DNA of 64,000 bases from a bacterium (GCA_030430495.1 JAUIKM010000017.1:8121-72120), one strand, 5' to 3'; positions 30,401 through 39,920 are shown, numbered from the stretch's first letter. Translations and numbers: made by a program. Notes: generated by a model from the sequence alone, not told the origin.

Positions 30401-31758
30401 CCGGCGGCGTGGGCGGGTATCCCCTGTCCAAAATTGCGGCAGCCGATACTTCGGGCCGGCTGTTCATGGGCGGCGGCGGCGGAGCGGGACACGTGAACCA
30501 CACCAACGGTTCCGGCGGTGCGCGCGGCGGCGGCATCGTGTACATCCGCGCGGGCACGCTGCGCAGCACGCCCAATTCGCTGATAACGGCGCGCGGACAG
30601 CACGCGGCAAACGACACTTCGACGCTCAATCCCGACGGATGCGGCGGCGGCGGAGCAGGCGGAACGATTATGCTGCACGTGGACCAGATTCTGGAGGATG
30701 TCGAGCTCGACGTACGCGGCGGCAACGGCGGCACGCGCCTCGCCGAGCAGCAGACAACATCCGGTCCCGGCGGCGGCGGCGGCGGCGGTCTTGTTCTCCT
30801 GTCGCTGAACATCGAAACCAATGACTTCGAAATTTTCACACATACGGCCGGCGGCGCCGCGGGCGAATTGGGTCTGGCCTCCGGCAACAACTACGGCGCG
30901 GCGCCGGGACTGCACGGCGCGATCATCGATTCGCTGAAAGGACGCGGCGTCTACTCCCAGGCAATCTTCGGTCCCTGCCGCGGGTGTTATCCGGTGCGCA
31001 AGGCGACGACGGGAGGCTGCGGCAGCGTCGAGTTCGACGTAGCCGACGCCAATTTTGAGATTGTCAGCATCGAACTGGACGCCGACAGCGACAATGTGTC
31101 GATGGAGACCGAGGAGCTGAATTCGCTGCGCGTCGGCGTGGAAATCGAACTGGACGATCCGCTTCGCGCGGGCAATTATGTGGTCTATGGGCGCAACAGC
31201 AACGGCAAAGAGTCGATTTTCCGCGGCACGATCCTGCCGGAGCCTCCTATGCCGGAGTTGAGTTTCCGCAACGACTCGCTCTTCATCAATTCGAATATTT
31301 TGCCGCGGATCGACTCGATACAGTGGTACAGCGAGGAGCGCGGCGCTTTGATTCAACGCACGGCGGATCGCCTGCCGCTGGTCGATTCCGGCGTGTACTG
31401 GGTGCAGGTCTGGAACGAGGAAGGGTGCTCGGCATTTTCGGAGCGCTACAACTTCAATGCAATCAGCAGTGTGATGTTCCCGCCGCTGGAGCGGCCGCAG
31501 ATCGAACTGAATCTCTTTCCGAATCCGGCGGACAACCTGTTGACAATTCGTTGTCGCACGCGTTTGCTGCAAGGCCTGGAAGTGCAGATAAGCGACGTAT
31601 TCGGGCGCATCGTCTGGCGACGCGCGCTGCCGGACTACCAATCGCTGCATGAAATTGAAGTGGATCTGGACCGTCTGGCGTTGGCGCCCGGGGGATATTC
31701 GGCCGGCATTGTAGCACCCGGCTACAGGACATCTCAGATGTTTATTAAACAACCCTGA
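27451..31758 (+). CDS. Large T9SS-secreted mosaic protein: IgGFc-binding domain, Ig/PKD-like repeats, glycine-rich domain, CTD
   Basis: GREFFLCF...SDGFMALP...DLTGSVVISDKPLAVFAGH...GDP...YGFGEADSYAFPAG; three (D/N)AG(P/S)D..(I/V)C.G repeats; GGGGG-rich block; LFPNPA...ISDVFGRIV...LAPGGY...FIK CTD. Start uncertain. Confidence 0.82.
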   Translation: MFIQAARILRTSDTYHHGPLVARALLLCGLILLFAIANMRAQDERDYLGREFFLCFPPNIHKAGGQSPPDDSLYIYISSDRPTTGRIEFSDREGNRSERRFSIEDPNLAHVESFAYSDYELQGYNLNGLLDNPDSQNETVSRQVFYVVADRDISVYGLNHAGASSDGFMALPADVLDGYYVIPAFPSDTRILDNRPAPSSTPSQFAVVALNDNTDILIQTNAPVPVANKEPIQITLQRGQCYLVQSRISVSEPSNDLTGSVVISDKPLAVFAGHQRSQVPGGDTRNAATQDHIIQQVAPVSTWGKQFSLAPLIVTGDDDGVGNDIVQIVAAQAQTRIYINGAEKALLDAGQSLLEPISGPLFISSDEPIHVTHLRHSSSLTGAGTPRLGDPFALSITPKEQWLDKYTFSTAQAFSNLNREDRLVFEYQYLMITLPTGTPIDLALDGVAVSDENFTVAPFGDFLYANIPVTTGRHVLQSTVPFGAHVYGFGEADSYAFPAGAAHTPINLECSADAGPDITVCRGDTVMLNAVSIGFDEPTFRWSPAEDLISSPFAKQLRLRAMRTTWYKLLVRDERGCRAEDSVLVTVTEKPQINAGSDHVICPGESVQLGFEDPGVPITRVRWTPADKVDDPASPAPIATPGQATGFIVEVETASGCVVFDTVVVNVRERPVVDAGPDVDICEGSSAELTATGGVSYEWRPADGLNRTNIFNPIAKPEKSTKYFVRVTDAFGCVNEDSVTVFVSECRPCESISGIINEYASVVALDYPTRRVRVVDGSVFAPGDLAMIVQMQGAEINVEQAESYGRIENPMSAGAYELVRIDSISLNLLSLNRPIHNQYDPAGKVQVVKIPEYDHVTVVDRVFARPWDGNVGGVVAMAANCLIVEDTISVDTSGFRGGRYEVQSGCRFEPNTTAWVSDQLCRFSYRGEGTASYGVPPNVYGRGAPANGGGGGNNHNAGGGGGGNGGAGGKGGNGFRNFANWDQAGGVGGYPLSKIAAADTSGRLFMGGGGGAGHVNHTNGSGGARGGGIVYIRAGTLRSTPNSLITARGQHAANDTSTLNPDGCGGGGAGGTIMLHVDQILEDVELDVRGGNGGTRLAEQQTTSGPGGGGGGGLVLLSLNIETNDFEIFTHTAGGAAGELGLASGNNYGAAPGLHGAIIDSLKGRGVYSQAIFGPCRGCYPVRKATTGGCGSVEFDVADANFEIVSIELDADSDNVSMETEELNSLRVGVEIELDDPLRAGNYVVYGRNSNGKESIFRGTILPEPPMPELSFRNDSLFINSNILPRIDSIQWYSEERGALIQRTADRLPLVDSGVYWVQVWNEEGCSAFSERYNFNAISSVMFPPLERPQIELNLFPNPADNLLTIRCRTRLLQGLEVQISDVFGRIVWRRALPDYQSLHEIEVDLDRLALAPGGYSAGIVAPGYRTSQMFIKQP

Positions 31759-31832
31759 GGTTAAACACAGCGGGACCGGCGCGACATTTCCGGTTCAACA
31801 ACAAACAAAAGCGACAGGCAAAGGACGAGAGC

Positions 31833-33002
31833 ATGAACGAATTGATTCAATCCGCCAAAGAATTGGAACAGGACCTTATCCGCGACCGTCGCCACCTGCA
31901 CCAGAACCCCGAGCTGTCTTTTGTTGAACACGAAACCGCTGCATATATCCGCGAGCGTTTAACGGCAATGGACATTCCATTCCGCGCGCTGGCCGACACT
32001 GGGACGGTGGCGCACATCGGGAGCGGCGACCGTTGCGTAGCCCTGCGCGCGGATATTGACGCCCTGCCGATCCACGAAGAAAGCGGCGTTGAATTTGCTT
32101 CACGGCGCGACGGCGTCATGCACGCCTGCGGCCACGACGCCCACACGGCCATGCTGCTGGCGGCCGCGCGAATGTTAAAAGATCGCGAGAGCAGCCTGGG
32201 CGGCGTTGTTAAACTCATTTTCCAACCGGGAGAAGAAAAACTCCCCGGCGGCGCGAGCATCATGATCCGGGAAGGTGCACTGCTTGACCCGGTTCCGGAA
32301 GTGATTTTTGGCCAGCACGTTTATCCCGATGCGCCTGCGGGACAACTGGGTTTTGTACCGGGCGCCATGATGGCCGCCGCAGACGAATTATACTGGACAA
32401 TTCACGGTCGCGGCGGACACGCGGCACAGCCGCACCAGACCGTCGACCCGATCGTAATTGCCGCCAACCTGATTAACCAGTTGCAGAGCATTGTCAGCCG
32501 CACGCTGAACCCATTTGATTCCGGGGTGTTAAGCGTCACGTCCATCCACGCGGGTCATGCCAACAACGTTATTCCCGACGCGGTTGAAATGCTGGGCACT
32601 CTGCGCTCGCTCAACCTGGAATGGCGCGAATCGGCGATTAACAAAATTGAGCAGTTTTCGCGGACTCTGGCGGAGGCCGCCGGCGGAAGTTGCGACGTAC
32701 GGGTCGTGCGCGGCTATCCGCCGCTGTTTAACAACGACGAGGCGACTGCTTTTGCACGCGGCGCGGCACTGAATCTTGTTGAAAAAAGCCACGTATTCGA
32801 CTTCGAACCCAAAATGTGGGGCGAAGATTTTGCGTACTACGCCCAGGCAATTCCGGCCTGTTTCTGGATGCTGGGTGTTCGTGCACACGACCGCGATTCC
32901 GCACCGGGACTACACAACTCCCATTTTGTCATAGAGGAATCCGCGTTGCACCGAGGCGCCGCCATGATGTCGGCGGCCGCAATCCAACGCCTCCGTTCCT
33001 GA
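31833..33002 (+). CDS. M20D-family amidohydrolase
   Basis: RRHLHQNPELS, ALRADIDALP, MHACGHDAH, IFQPGEE, GRGGHAA and GEDFAYY motifs. Confidence 0.95.
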   Translation: MNELIQSAKELEQDLIRDRRHLHQNPELSFVEHETAAYIRERLTAMDIPFRALADTGTVAHIGSGDRCVALRADIDALPIHEESGVEFASRRDGVMHACGHDAHTAMLLAAARMLKDRESSLGGVVKLIFQPGEEKLPGGASIMIREGALLDPVPEVIFGQHVYPDAPAGQLGFVPGAMMAAADELYWTIHGRGGHAAQPHQTVDPIVIAANLINQLQSIVSRTLNPFDSGVLSVTSIHAGHANNVIPDAVEMLGTLRSLNLEWRESAINKIEQFSRTLAEAAGGSCDVRVVRGYPPLFNNDEATAFARGAALNLVEKSHVFDFEPKMWGEDFAYYAQAIPACFWMLGVRAHDRDSAPGLHNSHFVIEESALHRGAAMMSAAAIQRLRS

Positions 33003-33015
33003 GCGAGGTGCGATT

Positions 33016-33450
33016 ATGTTTGTTTTTTTTCCTGTTCCGCAGCAGAAAAAGGATGTCGACGCCGGCAAGCCACTCGTCATCTTCGACGGCGACTGCGCCA
33101 TGTGCAACTGGGCGGTTAAAACGATCCTTAAACTGGAACGCCGCCCAGTTATGGAGTTTGCCCCGATCAACGGCGAGACGTTCAAGAGGGTTATCCCGAA
33201 AGGTCTGCATGGCCGCGAGACGATGATGCTGCAGATGGACGGCATGACCTTGATTGAGTCGGATGCTGTCTTGCAAATTGCACGTCTGCTCGGCGGGCCC
33301 TGGAGCCTGGCCGTGGTATTTTTTCTGGTGCCGAAGTGGATCCGCAATTCGATTTACAAGTGGGTAGCGCGCAATCGCTACACATTTTTCGGCCGCAATG
33401 AATCGTGTTACCTGCCGCCGGCTGAGGTGCGCGAGCGCTTTCTACCGTAA
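33016..33450 (+). CDS. DCC1-like thiol-disulfide oxidoreductase (DUF393)
   Basis: IFDGDCAMCN, SDAVL and YKWVARNRY..FG motifs. Confidence 0.9.
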   Translation: MFVFFPVPQQKKDVDAGKPLVIFDGDCAMCNWAVKTILKLERRPVMEFAPINGETFKRVIPKGLHGRETMMLQMDGMTLIESDAVLQIARLLGGPWSLAVVFFLVPKWIRNSIYKWVARNRYTFFGRNESCYLPPAEVRERFLP

Positions 33451-33481
33451 AGGCTGCGGTTATCCTGCCATTGTCACATTT

Positions 33482-33521
33482 ATCCCCGTCGGTTGACCAG
33501 ACCGTCGGGGATTGTTGTTTT
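33482..33521 (+). terminator. Probable intrinsic terminator
   Basis: ATCCCCG-t-CGGT-loop-ACCG-t-CGGGGAT followed by TGTTGTTTT. Confidence 0.55.
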
Positions 33522-33724
33522 CCGGCATTTGGAATGCATCATTTTCAACGTCGACGTTCCGTTTAACCGTATATACAGCCCGGTCAACCACGCCGGATGC
33601 TCCGTTCACCTTTTTCCGCTGGTGCGGGCATGATTCTCTTGTTAATCTTGCAGGTGAGAGCGCGCAGCATGCGGCGCGCGAATCCACGCGGTGTGGCACT
33701 CGAAAAAACTTGCACTGATGCAGG

Positions 33725-33860
33725 GTGGGAGGAGTGTAGTGTGATGCGTGGAGGTCCTGTCCGTGGCGGCGGCGGGGTGGCCCCCTGGATCAAGCCCGAA
33801 GTACGCCCTGACCGCAACCTCGCGCTTCAAATCCCCACTCGCGACTCCAAAACTGCCCAC
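33725..33860 (+). ncRNA. Candidate structured RNA (long imperfect hairpin), family unassigned
   Basis: Nested pairings GTGGG/CCCAC, GGAGT/ACTCC, AGTG/CACT, TGATGCGTGGAGGT/ACCTCGCGCTTCA, GCGG/CCGC and GGCG/CGCC; G-U wobbles favour the + strand. Confidence 0.3.
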
Positions 33861-33973
33861 ATGTCTTATACACCGGATCGCAATTCACGCCGCCGCTGCG
33901 CCGACAGTCTCAAATCTCCCAACCTCTCGGCTAGACACCTTCCGTGCGCAAAATCACTCGGCCGGAAGCCCCG

Positions 33974-35224
33974 TCACGCGCGCCGCAGCGTCAGCAGCGT
34001 CAGCTCCGGATTGATGCCTATGCGGATCGGAAGCGCCGTCGTGCCCAGACCGCGGTTAACATAGAGGTGCTGGTTGCCGTCGCGATACATGCCGATCCAC
34101 TGGCGATACACGATCTGCGCAAAACTGTACTCGCGGTCCAGCACGTGCAGGCCCACCTGACCGCCGTGAGTGTGCCCCGAAAGCATCAGGTCGACATTGG
34201 TTTGCCCGCGCACTTCCCTGTCCCAGAAGGTCGGATCGTGCGCCATCAGGATCGTCGGCAGGTCGTCCTCAAAACCCCGCAGCGCCGCGTTCAGGTCGGC
34301 AAAGTTCTGGCGCAGGCCGGAGTTGTCCGTTCCCGCCAGTTGCAATTGCCCGCCGTCGATGTTCAACACGCGGTTTTCGTTCACCAGCAGGTCCACGCCG
34401 CCGGCGCGAATGCCGCGCTTCAGCGCGCGGTGGTCGGCGTCCGACATGTAGTGGTCGTGGTTGCCCAGGCTGCCGTACACGCCCAGGTCCGCCTGCAATT
34501 TCTCAAATGCCGGGAAAATGTTTTTCAGCTCGCGCGGGTCGAAGTTGACCCAGTCGCCGGTGACGAGCAACAGGTCGGCTTTCTGCTCCATCACGAGTTC
34601 GACGATTTCGTGCACCGGGCCGCTCGTGGGAAAGGCTCCGGCGTGAATGTCCGACAGCTGACCGATGGTCAATCCCTCCAGCTGGCGCGGCAGGTTTTTG
34701 ATCGCCACGTCGTGGCGCATCACCTGAAAGTTGTGCACGGTGCGCAAAACGCCGTAGCCCGTCAGCAGAAACGGCGCGCCCGCCAGCGCCCAGCCGGTGT
34801 TGCCGACAAACTTGCGGCGCGTCAGGTCCGGTGCGGCGACTGCCGCGCTCCGTTCCTGCGCCGGCAGCACCCGCCGCACCAGTTTCACCGCCTGGCGGCC
34901 GGTCCAGCGCAGCACTCTCAGCACGTCGCGAATCAGTAAAACCAGCAGAATCGGGAACTTGGAAACGTACCAGACGGAGGAGAAAATCAGCCCCACGTTC
35001 ATCCAGAAACTCACCTGGCCATCCGTGCGGCGGAAGTACATGAGCGTCATCGTGAGAGGCAGCATAACCCAGGCGATGATCACGGGCGTCAGGCGCGTCC
35101 AGCCTGGCCAGTTGTTGTTGCGACTGTGCTGCGACCAGCGCCGCACAACATAGGCGTCGCTGCCCCCCAGCACCGTGACAAACACAAGAAAAACCACAAT
35201 TGTCTGAAGGAGATTCTGATCCAT
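33974..35224 (-). CDS. Membrane-anchored calcineurin-like metallophosphoesterase (YkuE/YaeI-like)
   Basis: SDIHAG, TGDWVN, LGNHDHY, MAHDP, LSGHTHGGQ and YVNRGLG motifs; three N-terminal TMs then TRRKFV. Confidence 0.93.
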   Translation of the reverse strand: MDQNLLQTIVVFLVFVTVLGGSDAYVVRRWSQHSRNNNWPGWTRLTPVIIAWVMLPLTMTLMYFRRTDGQVSFWMNVGLIFSSVWYVSKFPILLVLLIRDVLRVLRWTGRQAVKLVRRVLPAQERSAAVAAPDLTRRKFVGNTGWALAGAPFLLTGYGVLRTVHNFQVMRHDVAIKNLPRQLEGLTIGQLSDIHAGAFPTSGPVHEIVELVMEQKADLLLVTGDWVNFDPRELKNIFPAFEKLQADLGVYGSLGNHDHYMSDADHRALKRGIRAGGVDLLVNENRVLNIDGGQLQLAGTDNSGLRQNFADLNAALRGFEDDLPTILMAHDPTFWDREVRGQTNVDLMLSGHTHGGQVGLHVLDREYSFAQIVYRQWIGMYRDGNQHLYVNRGLGTTALPIRIGINPELTLLTLRRA

Positions 35225-35477
35225 TTTTCCAGCTTTGACTTTTTCGTCCGTTTCAGCCCGGCGGTAGATATGGTCGTGTCGGGCGACAGTTCAATTCGAC
35301 AGTTCAATTCGATCGAGTATGTTGGAAAGCGGTCCGTGCTAAAGACTCGTTGCAGGCGCGCCTAGTGTTACCGCCATGCTTCCGGAAAGTTCGGCAGATC
35401 TTCGTATCTTTCGGGCCTGAAAAAGCCGTTATAGCCGACGTTCACGTCCGAATATCGACAGGAAAGGACCGAATCAT

Positions 35478-36680
35478 ATGTTTGAAACCATGCAGCCCGT
35501 TCTGGCCGAAGAACTGAACAACATCCGCGAAGCCGGCCTTTTCAAGTCCGAACGCATTATCACCAGCCCGCAGGGCCCGGAAATCAGCGTGGCAGGACGC
35601 GAACACCCGGTCCTGAACTTCTGCGCCAACAACTACCTCGGTCTTTCCTCCGACCGGCGCGTCATCGATGCCGCCAAGGCGGCGCTCGACTCACACGGCT
35701 TCGGCCTTTCCAGCGTGCGTTTCATCTGCGGCACGCAGGACATCCACCGCGAACTCGAACAAAAAATTGCCGCTTTCTGCGGCACGGACGATACGATCCT
35801 GTACGCGGCGTGTTTCGACGCCAACGGCGGCGTGTTTGAACCGCTGCTGGGACCGGACGACGCCATTATTTCCGACCAGCTGAACCACGCTTCGATCATC
35901 GACGGCGTGCGCCTCTGCAAAGCCAAACGCTACCGCTACACCTCGACCGATATGGCCGAACTGGAGCAGTGCCTTCAACAGGCCGACGCCGACGGCGCCA
36001 AACAGAAAATCATCGCCACCGATGCGGTGTTCTCCATGGACGGCACAATCGCACCGCTGGATCGCATCTGTGACCTGGCCGACAAATACAAGGCGCTCGT
36101 CATGGTCGACGAATGCCACTCGATGGGTTTCATGGGTAAAAACGGTCGCGGCGTCATTGAACACTGCGACGTCCTCGGCCGCGTGGACATCATCACCGGC
36201 ACGCTGGGCAAAGCCCTCGGCGGCGGAATCGGCGGATTTACGACCGGTCGCAAGGAAATCATCGACATGCTGCGCCAGCGCTCGCGCCCTTATCTCTTCA
36301 GCAACACGCTGCCGCCGATGGTCGTCGGCGCGTCAATCGCCATTTTCGACCTGCTCTCCAGCACGACGGAACTGCGCGACCGCCTGGAAGACAACACAAA
36401 ATATTTCCGCGAGAAAATGTCGGGCGCGGGTTTTGACATCAAGGACGGCTCCCATCCCATCGTGCCTATCATGCTCTACGACGCCCCGCTGGCCCAGCGT
36501 TTTGCCGATGAACTGCTGAACGAAAACATCTACGTCATCGGCTTTTTCTATCCGGTGGTGCCCAAGGGGCAGGCCCGCATCCGCGTCCAGATTTCCGCGG
36601 CGCACACACGCGAGCACCTGGACCGCGCCATTGACGCGTTCGTAAAAATTGGACGCAAACTCAAGGTTCTGAACTCCTGA
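35478..36680 (+). CDS. kbl: Glycine C-acetyltransferase (2-amino-3-ketobutyrate CoA ligase)
   Basis: FCANNYLGL, SVRFICGTQD, LNHASIIDGVRL, VDECH, GTLGKALGG and LRQRSRPYLFSN motifs. Confidence 0.96.
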   Translation: MFETMQPVLAEELNNIREAGLFKSERIITSPQGPEISVAGREHPVLNFCANNYLGLSSDRRVIDAAKAALDSHGFGLSSVRFICGTQDIHRELEQKIAAFCGTDDTILYAACFDANGGVFEPLLGPDDAIISDQLNHASIIDGVRLCKAKRYRYTSTDMAELEQCLQQADADGAKQKIIATDAVFSMDGTIAPLDRICDLADKYKALVMVDECHSMGFMGKNGRGVIEHCDVLGRVDIITGTLGKALGGGIGGFTTGRKEIIDMLRQRSRPYLFSNTLPPMVVGASIAIFDLLSSTTELRDRLEDNTKYFREKMSGAGFDIKDGSHPIVPIMLYDAPLAQRFADELLNENIYVIGFFYPVVPKGQARIRVQISAAHTREHLDRAIDAFVKIGRKLKVLNS

Positions 36681-36702
36681 GGAAGGCAGCCGGACGGTAT
36701 CC

Positions 36703-38976
36703 ATGGCGGACTCCAAACCTACCCTGTTTCAAAAACTGCGCGAATCCGAGCTGAGAAGCGAACGCGTCCAAGGCGGAATTCGCCATGCTCCCTGGCTGCG
36801 GCTGGTAATTATTGCCGCCACCGTTCTGGTTTGCATGCTCAGCTTTCCACTCGTGACCGAATACAAATTTTCGGTCGCCGTCGGATCCGAATGGTCGCGT
36901 GACACCATCAAGGCCGAACGCGCCTTCACAATCTTCAAACCCGAGGATCAGTACCAGGCCGAACTGCAGCAGGCCCGCGACAGCACCCGCCCGGTTTTTA
37001 CCATTCGCGAAGACGTTCCTGAACGGGCGCACCGCTTCCTTGATGCTTTCCAACAGCCTTTTTTGTTTACCCCCGAGTTGTCAGCCGACACGCTCGAGCA
37101 GATTTCAGTCCTTTCGCGGTCGGCGATCGACCGCCTTATGGAGCTGACGCTTGCGGAGCGGCGCGACGTTCTCAATCGCGTAGCGCGCAAGCTGAACGAG
37201 TTCCACAACCGCATTTACGACTCCGGCCTGATCGACCGCGAAACCGGCGAGATTGCCACGCGCCAGATTGCGATCCAGGTGAATGCCGTCACGGAAAAAC
37301 TGGAGTTTACTTCATCGCTGATCGACTTTACGGAGTACGGCCGGCGCATGGAAAAACTCAACAGCGAGCTCTCGCCCATCGAACAGATGGTGGCCAACGA
37401 CCTGACGCCGCAGCTGATGCGCCCCAACCTGATCTACTCCCCGGAAATCACGCGTCAGAATCGCTACTTCGCCGAACAATCGGTGCTCAAATCCACCGGC
37501 ATTGTCGACGCCGGCGAAGTCATTGTGGCGCCCGGTCAGGTTGTCACGCACGATATTCTGGCGCGGCTGACGGCGATGACGGCGCGCGAGGGCGAACGCA
37601 GCTACTGGCAGATCCTGCTGGGCAATCTGGTGCACGTGCTGCTCATTTTCTCGATGCTGCTGCTGTTTTTGAACCGCATCCGCCCGCGCATTTTTTCCGA
37701 CAACTACCAGTTCCTTGGACTGTGTTGTTGTCTGATCCTGATCTCGGTACTGGCGCGCATCAGCGTGGTGGAATTCTCACAGGTGCCGGCGGAGTTCCTG
37801 ATCGTCGTACCGGCCTGCTCCATGCTCGTGGCAATTCTCTACGATTCAAGGACGGCGTTCTATACGACCATTACCATGACGCTGCTGCTGGCCGGCACGC
37901 GCGGCAACGACTACGAGACGGCCCTGGTGGTGCTTATCGGCAGCACCTATGCCGCCTATACCGTGCGCGATCTGCGCAGCCGCACGCAGGTGTTCAAAGC
38001 CATGGCGTCGATTTTTATCGGCTACGGCCTGGCGATTACCGCCATCGGCATGCAGCACTCCACGCCGCTCAGCCTGATCCTCGAAAAAATGGCATATGCG
38101 ACGATCAACGCCATTTTCTCACCGGTTTTAACGCTGGGCCTGCTGTTTGTCATCGAGCGCATTTTCAATATTGCCTCGGATCTGCGCCTGCTCGAATTCG
38201 ACAACCAGAACCACCCGCTGCTGGTGCAGCTGGCGGATCGGGCGCCGGGCACCTACCAGCACACGCGTACGGTGGCCCATCTGGCCGAAAGCGCGGCCCG
38301 CGCCGTGGATGCAAATCCGATCCTGGCCCGCGTCGGCACCTATTTCCACGACATCGGCAAACTGGCCAAGTCCGAGTACTTTGTGGAAAATCAGATCGGC
38401 ATCAACAACAAACACGACCGCCTGACGCCGCAGAAATCGGCCAATATCATCAAGGATCACGTCAAGGCCGGAATGGAAATGGCGCGCGAACACCGGCTGC
38501 CGCGCCGCATCCTTGAATTTATCCCGATGCACCACGGCACCATGCTGATCAAACACTTCTACGCCAAGGCGGTGGAAGAAGCCCAGGCCAAAGGGCAAAC
38601 CGTCAACGAGGAAAATTTCCGCTATCCCGGTCCGCTGCCCAACAGCAAAGAAACCGGCATCGTCATGCTGGCCGACACGGTCGAAGCGCTCTCGCGCACG
38701 CTCGACGGCAGCCGCGAAGAGCTGTCGCGCGCCATCGATAAAATCATCAAGGAACGCCTGCTGGACGGCCAGCTCGACAAGAGCGACCTGTCGCTGCGCG
38801 ACCTGAACAAAATCAAGGACAGTTTTGTGCGCAATCTGGTCGGCATGTCCCACCAGCGCATCAAATACAAAACGCTGCCGGGCGAAGAAGACGACGATGC
38901 GCCTCCGGCGACCGCCGCCGGCAAATCCGCCGAAGGCGGCAAGCCGTCCACGTCCGCACCGCAAACCGGAGCCTGA
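36703..38976 (+). CDS. 7TM-HD family phosphohydrolase (PgpH-like)
   Basis: Extracellular domain and multiple TMs, then APGTYQH, YFHDIGK, YFVENQ, HHGT, FRYPGP and MLAD. Confidence 0.93.
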   Translation: MADSKPTLFQKLRESELRSERVQGGIRHAPWLRLVIIAATVLVCMLSFPLVTEYKFSVAVGSEWSRDTIKAERAFTIFKPEDQYQAELQQARDSTRPVFTIREDVPERAHRFLDAFQQPFLFTPELSADTLEQISVLSRSAIDRLMELTLAERRDVLNRVARKLNEFHNRIYDSGLIDRETGEIATRQIAIQVNAVTEKLEFTSSLIDFTEYGRRMEKLNSELSPIEQMVANDLTPQLMRPNLIYSPEITRQNRYFAEQSVLKSTGIVDAGEVIVAPGQVVTHDILARLTAMTAREGERSYWQILLGNLVHVLLIFSMLLLFLNRIRPRIFSDNYQFLGLCCCLILISVLARISVVEFSQVPAEFLIVVPACSMLVAILYDSRTAFYTTITMTLLLAGTRGNDYETALVVLIGSTYAAYTVRDLRSRTQVFKAMASIFIGYGLAITAIGMQHSTPLSLILEKMAYATINAIFSPVLTLGLLFVIERIFNIASDLRLLEFDNQNHPLLVQLADRAPGTYQHTRTVAHLAESAARAVDANPILARVGTYFHDIGKLAKSEYFVENQIGINNKHDRLTPQKSANIIKDHVKAGMEMAREHRLPRRILEFIPMHHGTMLIKHFYAKAVEEAQAKGQTVNEENFRYPGPLPNSKETGIVMLADTVEALSRTLDGSREELSRAIDKIIKERLLDGQLDKSDLSLRDLNKIKDSFVRNLVGMSHQRIKYKTLPGEEDDDAPPATAAGKSAEGGKPSTSAPQTGA

Positions 38977-38981
38977 CGAAA

Positions 38982-39920
38982 ATGGCGCAGGCGCGCAATG
39001 ATTCATCACGGCCCCTGCCGCCCGTGATGCAGCGCAGCGTCAAACGCTACCTGCAGCACATCGCCGTGGAAAAGGGACTGGCGGGAAAAACCGCCGAATC
39101 CTATGCCGTCGACCTGCGCAACTTCGCCGAATACCTGGTTTCGATCGGTCTGGACGATTTCACGGCGGCCAATGAAAACATCGTCGTGGACTTTTTGCGC
39201 AAGCTGGAGGAAATGGGGCTGGCCGTCAGTTCGCGTGCGCGCAAACTCTACGCTCTGCGCGGTTTCTACCAGTTTCTGGCAGGCAGCGGCGCCGTAAAGG
39301 CCGACTGCACCGAACACGTCGACCTGCCGAAGGTGCGGCGCGTCCTGCCGCCAACGCTGACAATTGAACAGATGCTGCGCATCATCGAATCGCCCGACGT
39401 GTCGAAACCGGCGGGCGTCCGCAATCGCGCCATGTTGGAGACGCTCTACGCCTGCGGACTGCGCGCCTCGGAATTGCTGGGACTGCGCCGCAGAGACGTT
39501 TTGTCCGACCTGGAAATCATCCGCGTGACGGGCAAAGGTTCCAAAGAGCGCGTGGTTCCTATAGGCAGCGGCGCGCTGGGTTGGATAGAACGCTACCAGA
39601 ACGAGGTGCGGCCGACCTTCCTGCGCACGGGCACAACCACGGACGACATCCTCTTCCTGAATCAGCGCGGCGGCGGCCTTTCGCGCATGGCCCTGTGGAA
39701 ATTTGTCAAACAGGCAGCGACGGAGGCGGGCATTGCGGTGCACGTACATCCGCACATGTTTCGTCATTCGTTTGCAACGCACCTGCTGGAGGGCGGCGCG
39801 GACCTGCGCGCGGTTCAGGAAATGCTCGGCCATTCGGACATCGCGACGACGCAGATCTACACGCACATCGACCGCGAATACATTCGCGAGGTGCACAGAA
39901 GTTTTCATCCGCGCGCCTGA
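38982..39920 (+). CDS. xerD: Site-specific tyrosine recombinase XerD
   Basis: VEKGLAGKT, RNRAMLETLYACGLRASEL, GKGSKERVVP, HPHMFRHSFATHLLEGGADLRAVQEMLGH, TQIYTH and HPRA. Start may be 39027. Confidence 0.9.
   Translation: MAQARNDSSRPLPPVMQRSVKRYLQHIAVEKGLAGKTAESYAVDLRNFAEYLVSIGLDDFTAANENIVVDFLRKLEEMGLAVSSRARKLYALRGFYQFLAGSGAVKADCTEHVDLPKVRRVLPPTLTIEQMLRIIESPDVSKPAGVRNRAMLETLYACGLRASELLGLRRRDVLSDLEIIRVTGKGSKERVVPIGSGALGWIERYQNEVRPTFLRTGTTTDDILFLNQRGGGLSRMALWKFVKQAATEAGIAVHVHPHMFRHSFATHLLEGGADLRAVQEMLGHSDIATTQIYTHIDREYIREVHRSFHPRA

Noticed and set aside
33820..33835. CTTCAAATCC resembling the tRNA-Sec anticodon loop
   Set aside because: The flanking bases do not form the anticodon stem, and no acceptor or T arm is present.
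33864..33873. TCTTATACAC resembling a Tn5 mosaic end or Nextera adapter
   Set aside because: Only 10 of 19 nt match and there is no partner end or transposase.
38982..39920. Tyrosine recombinase as a possible phage or island integrase
   Set aside because: The sequence is canonical chromosomal XerD among housekeeping genes; no att site, tRNA or cargo seen.
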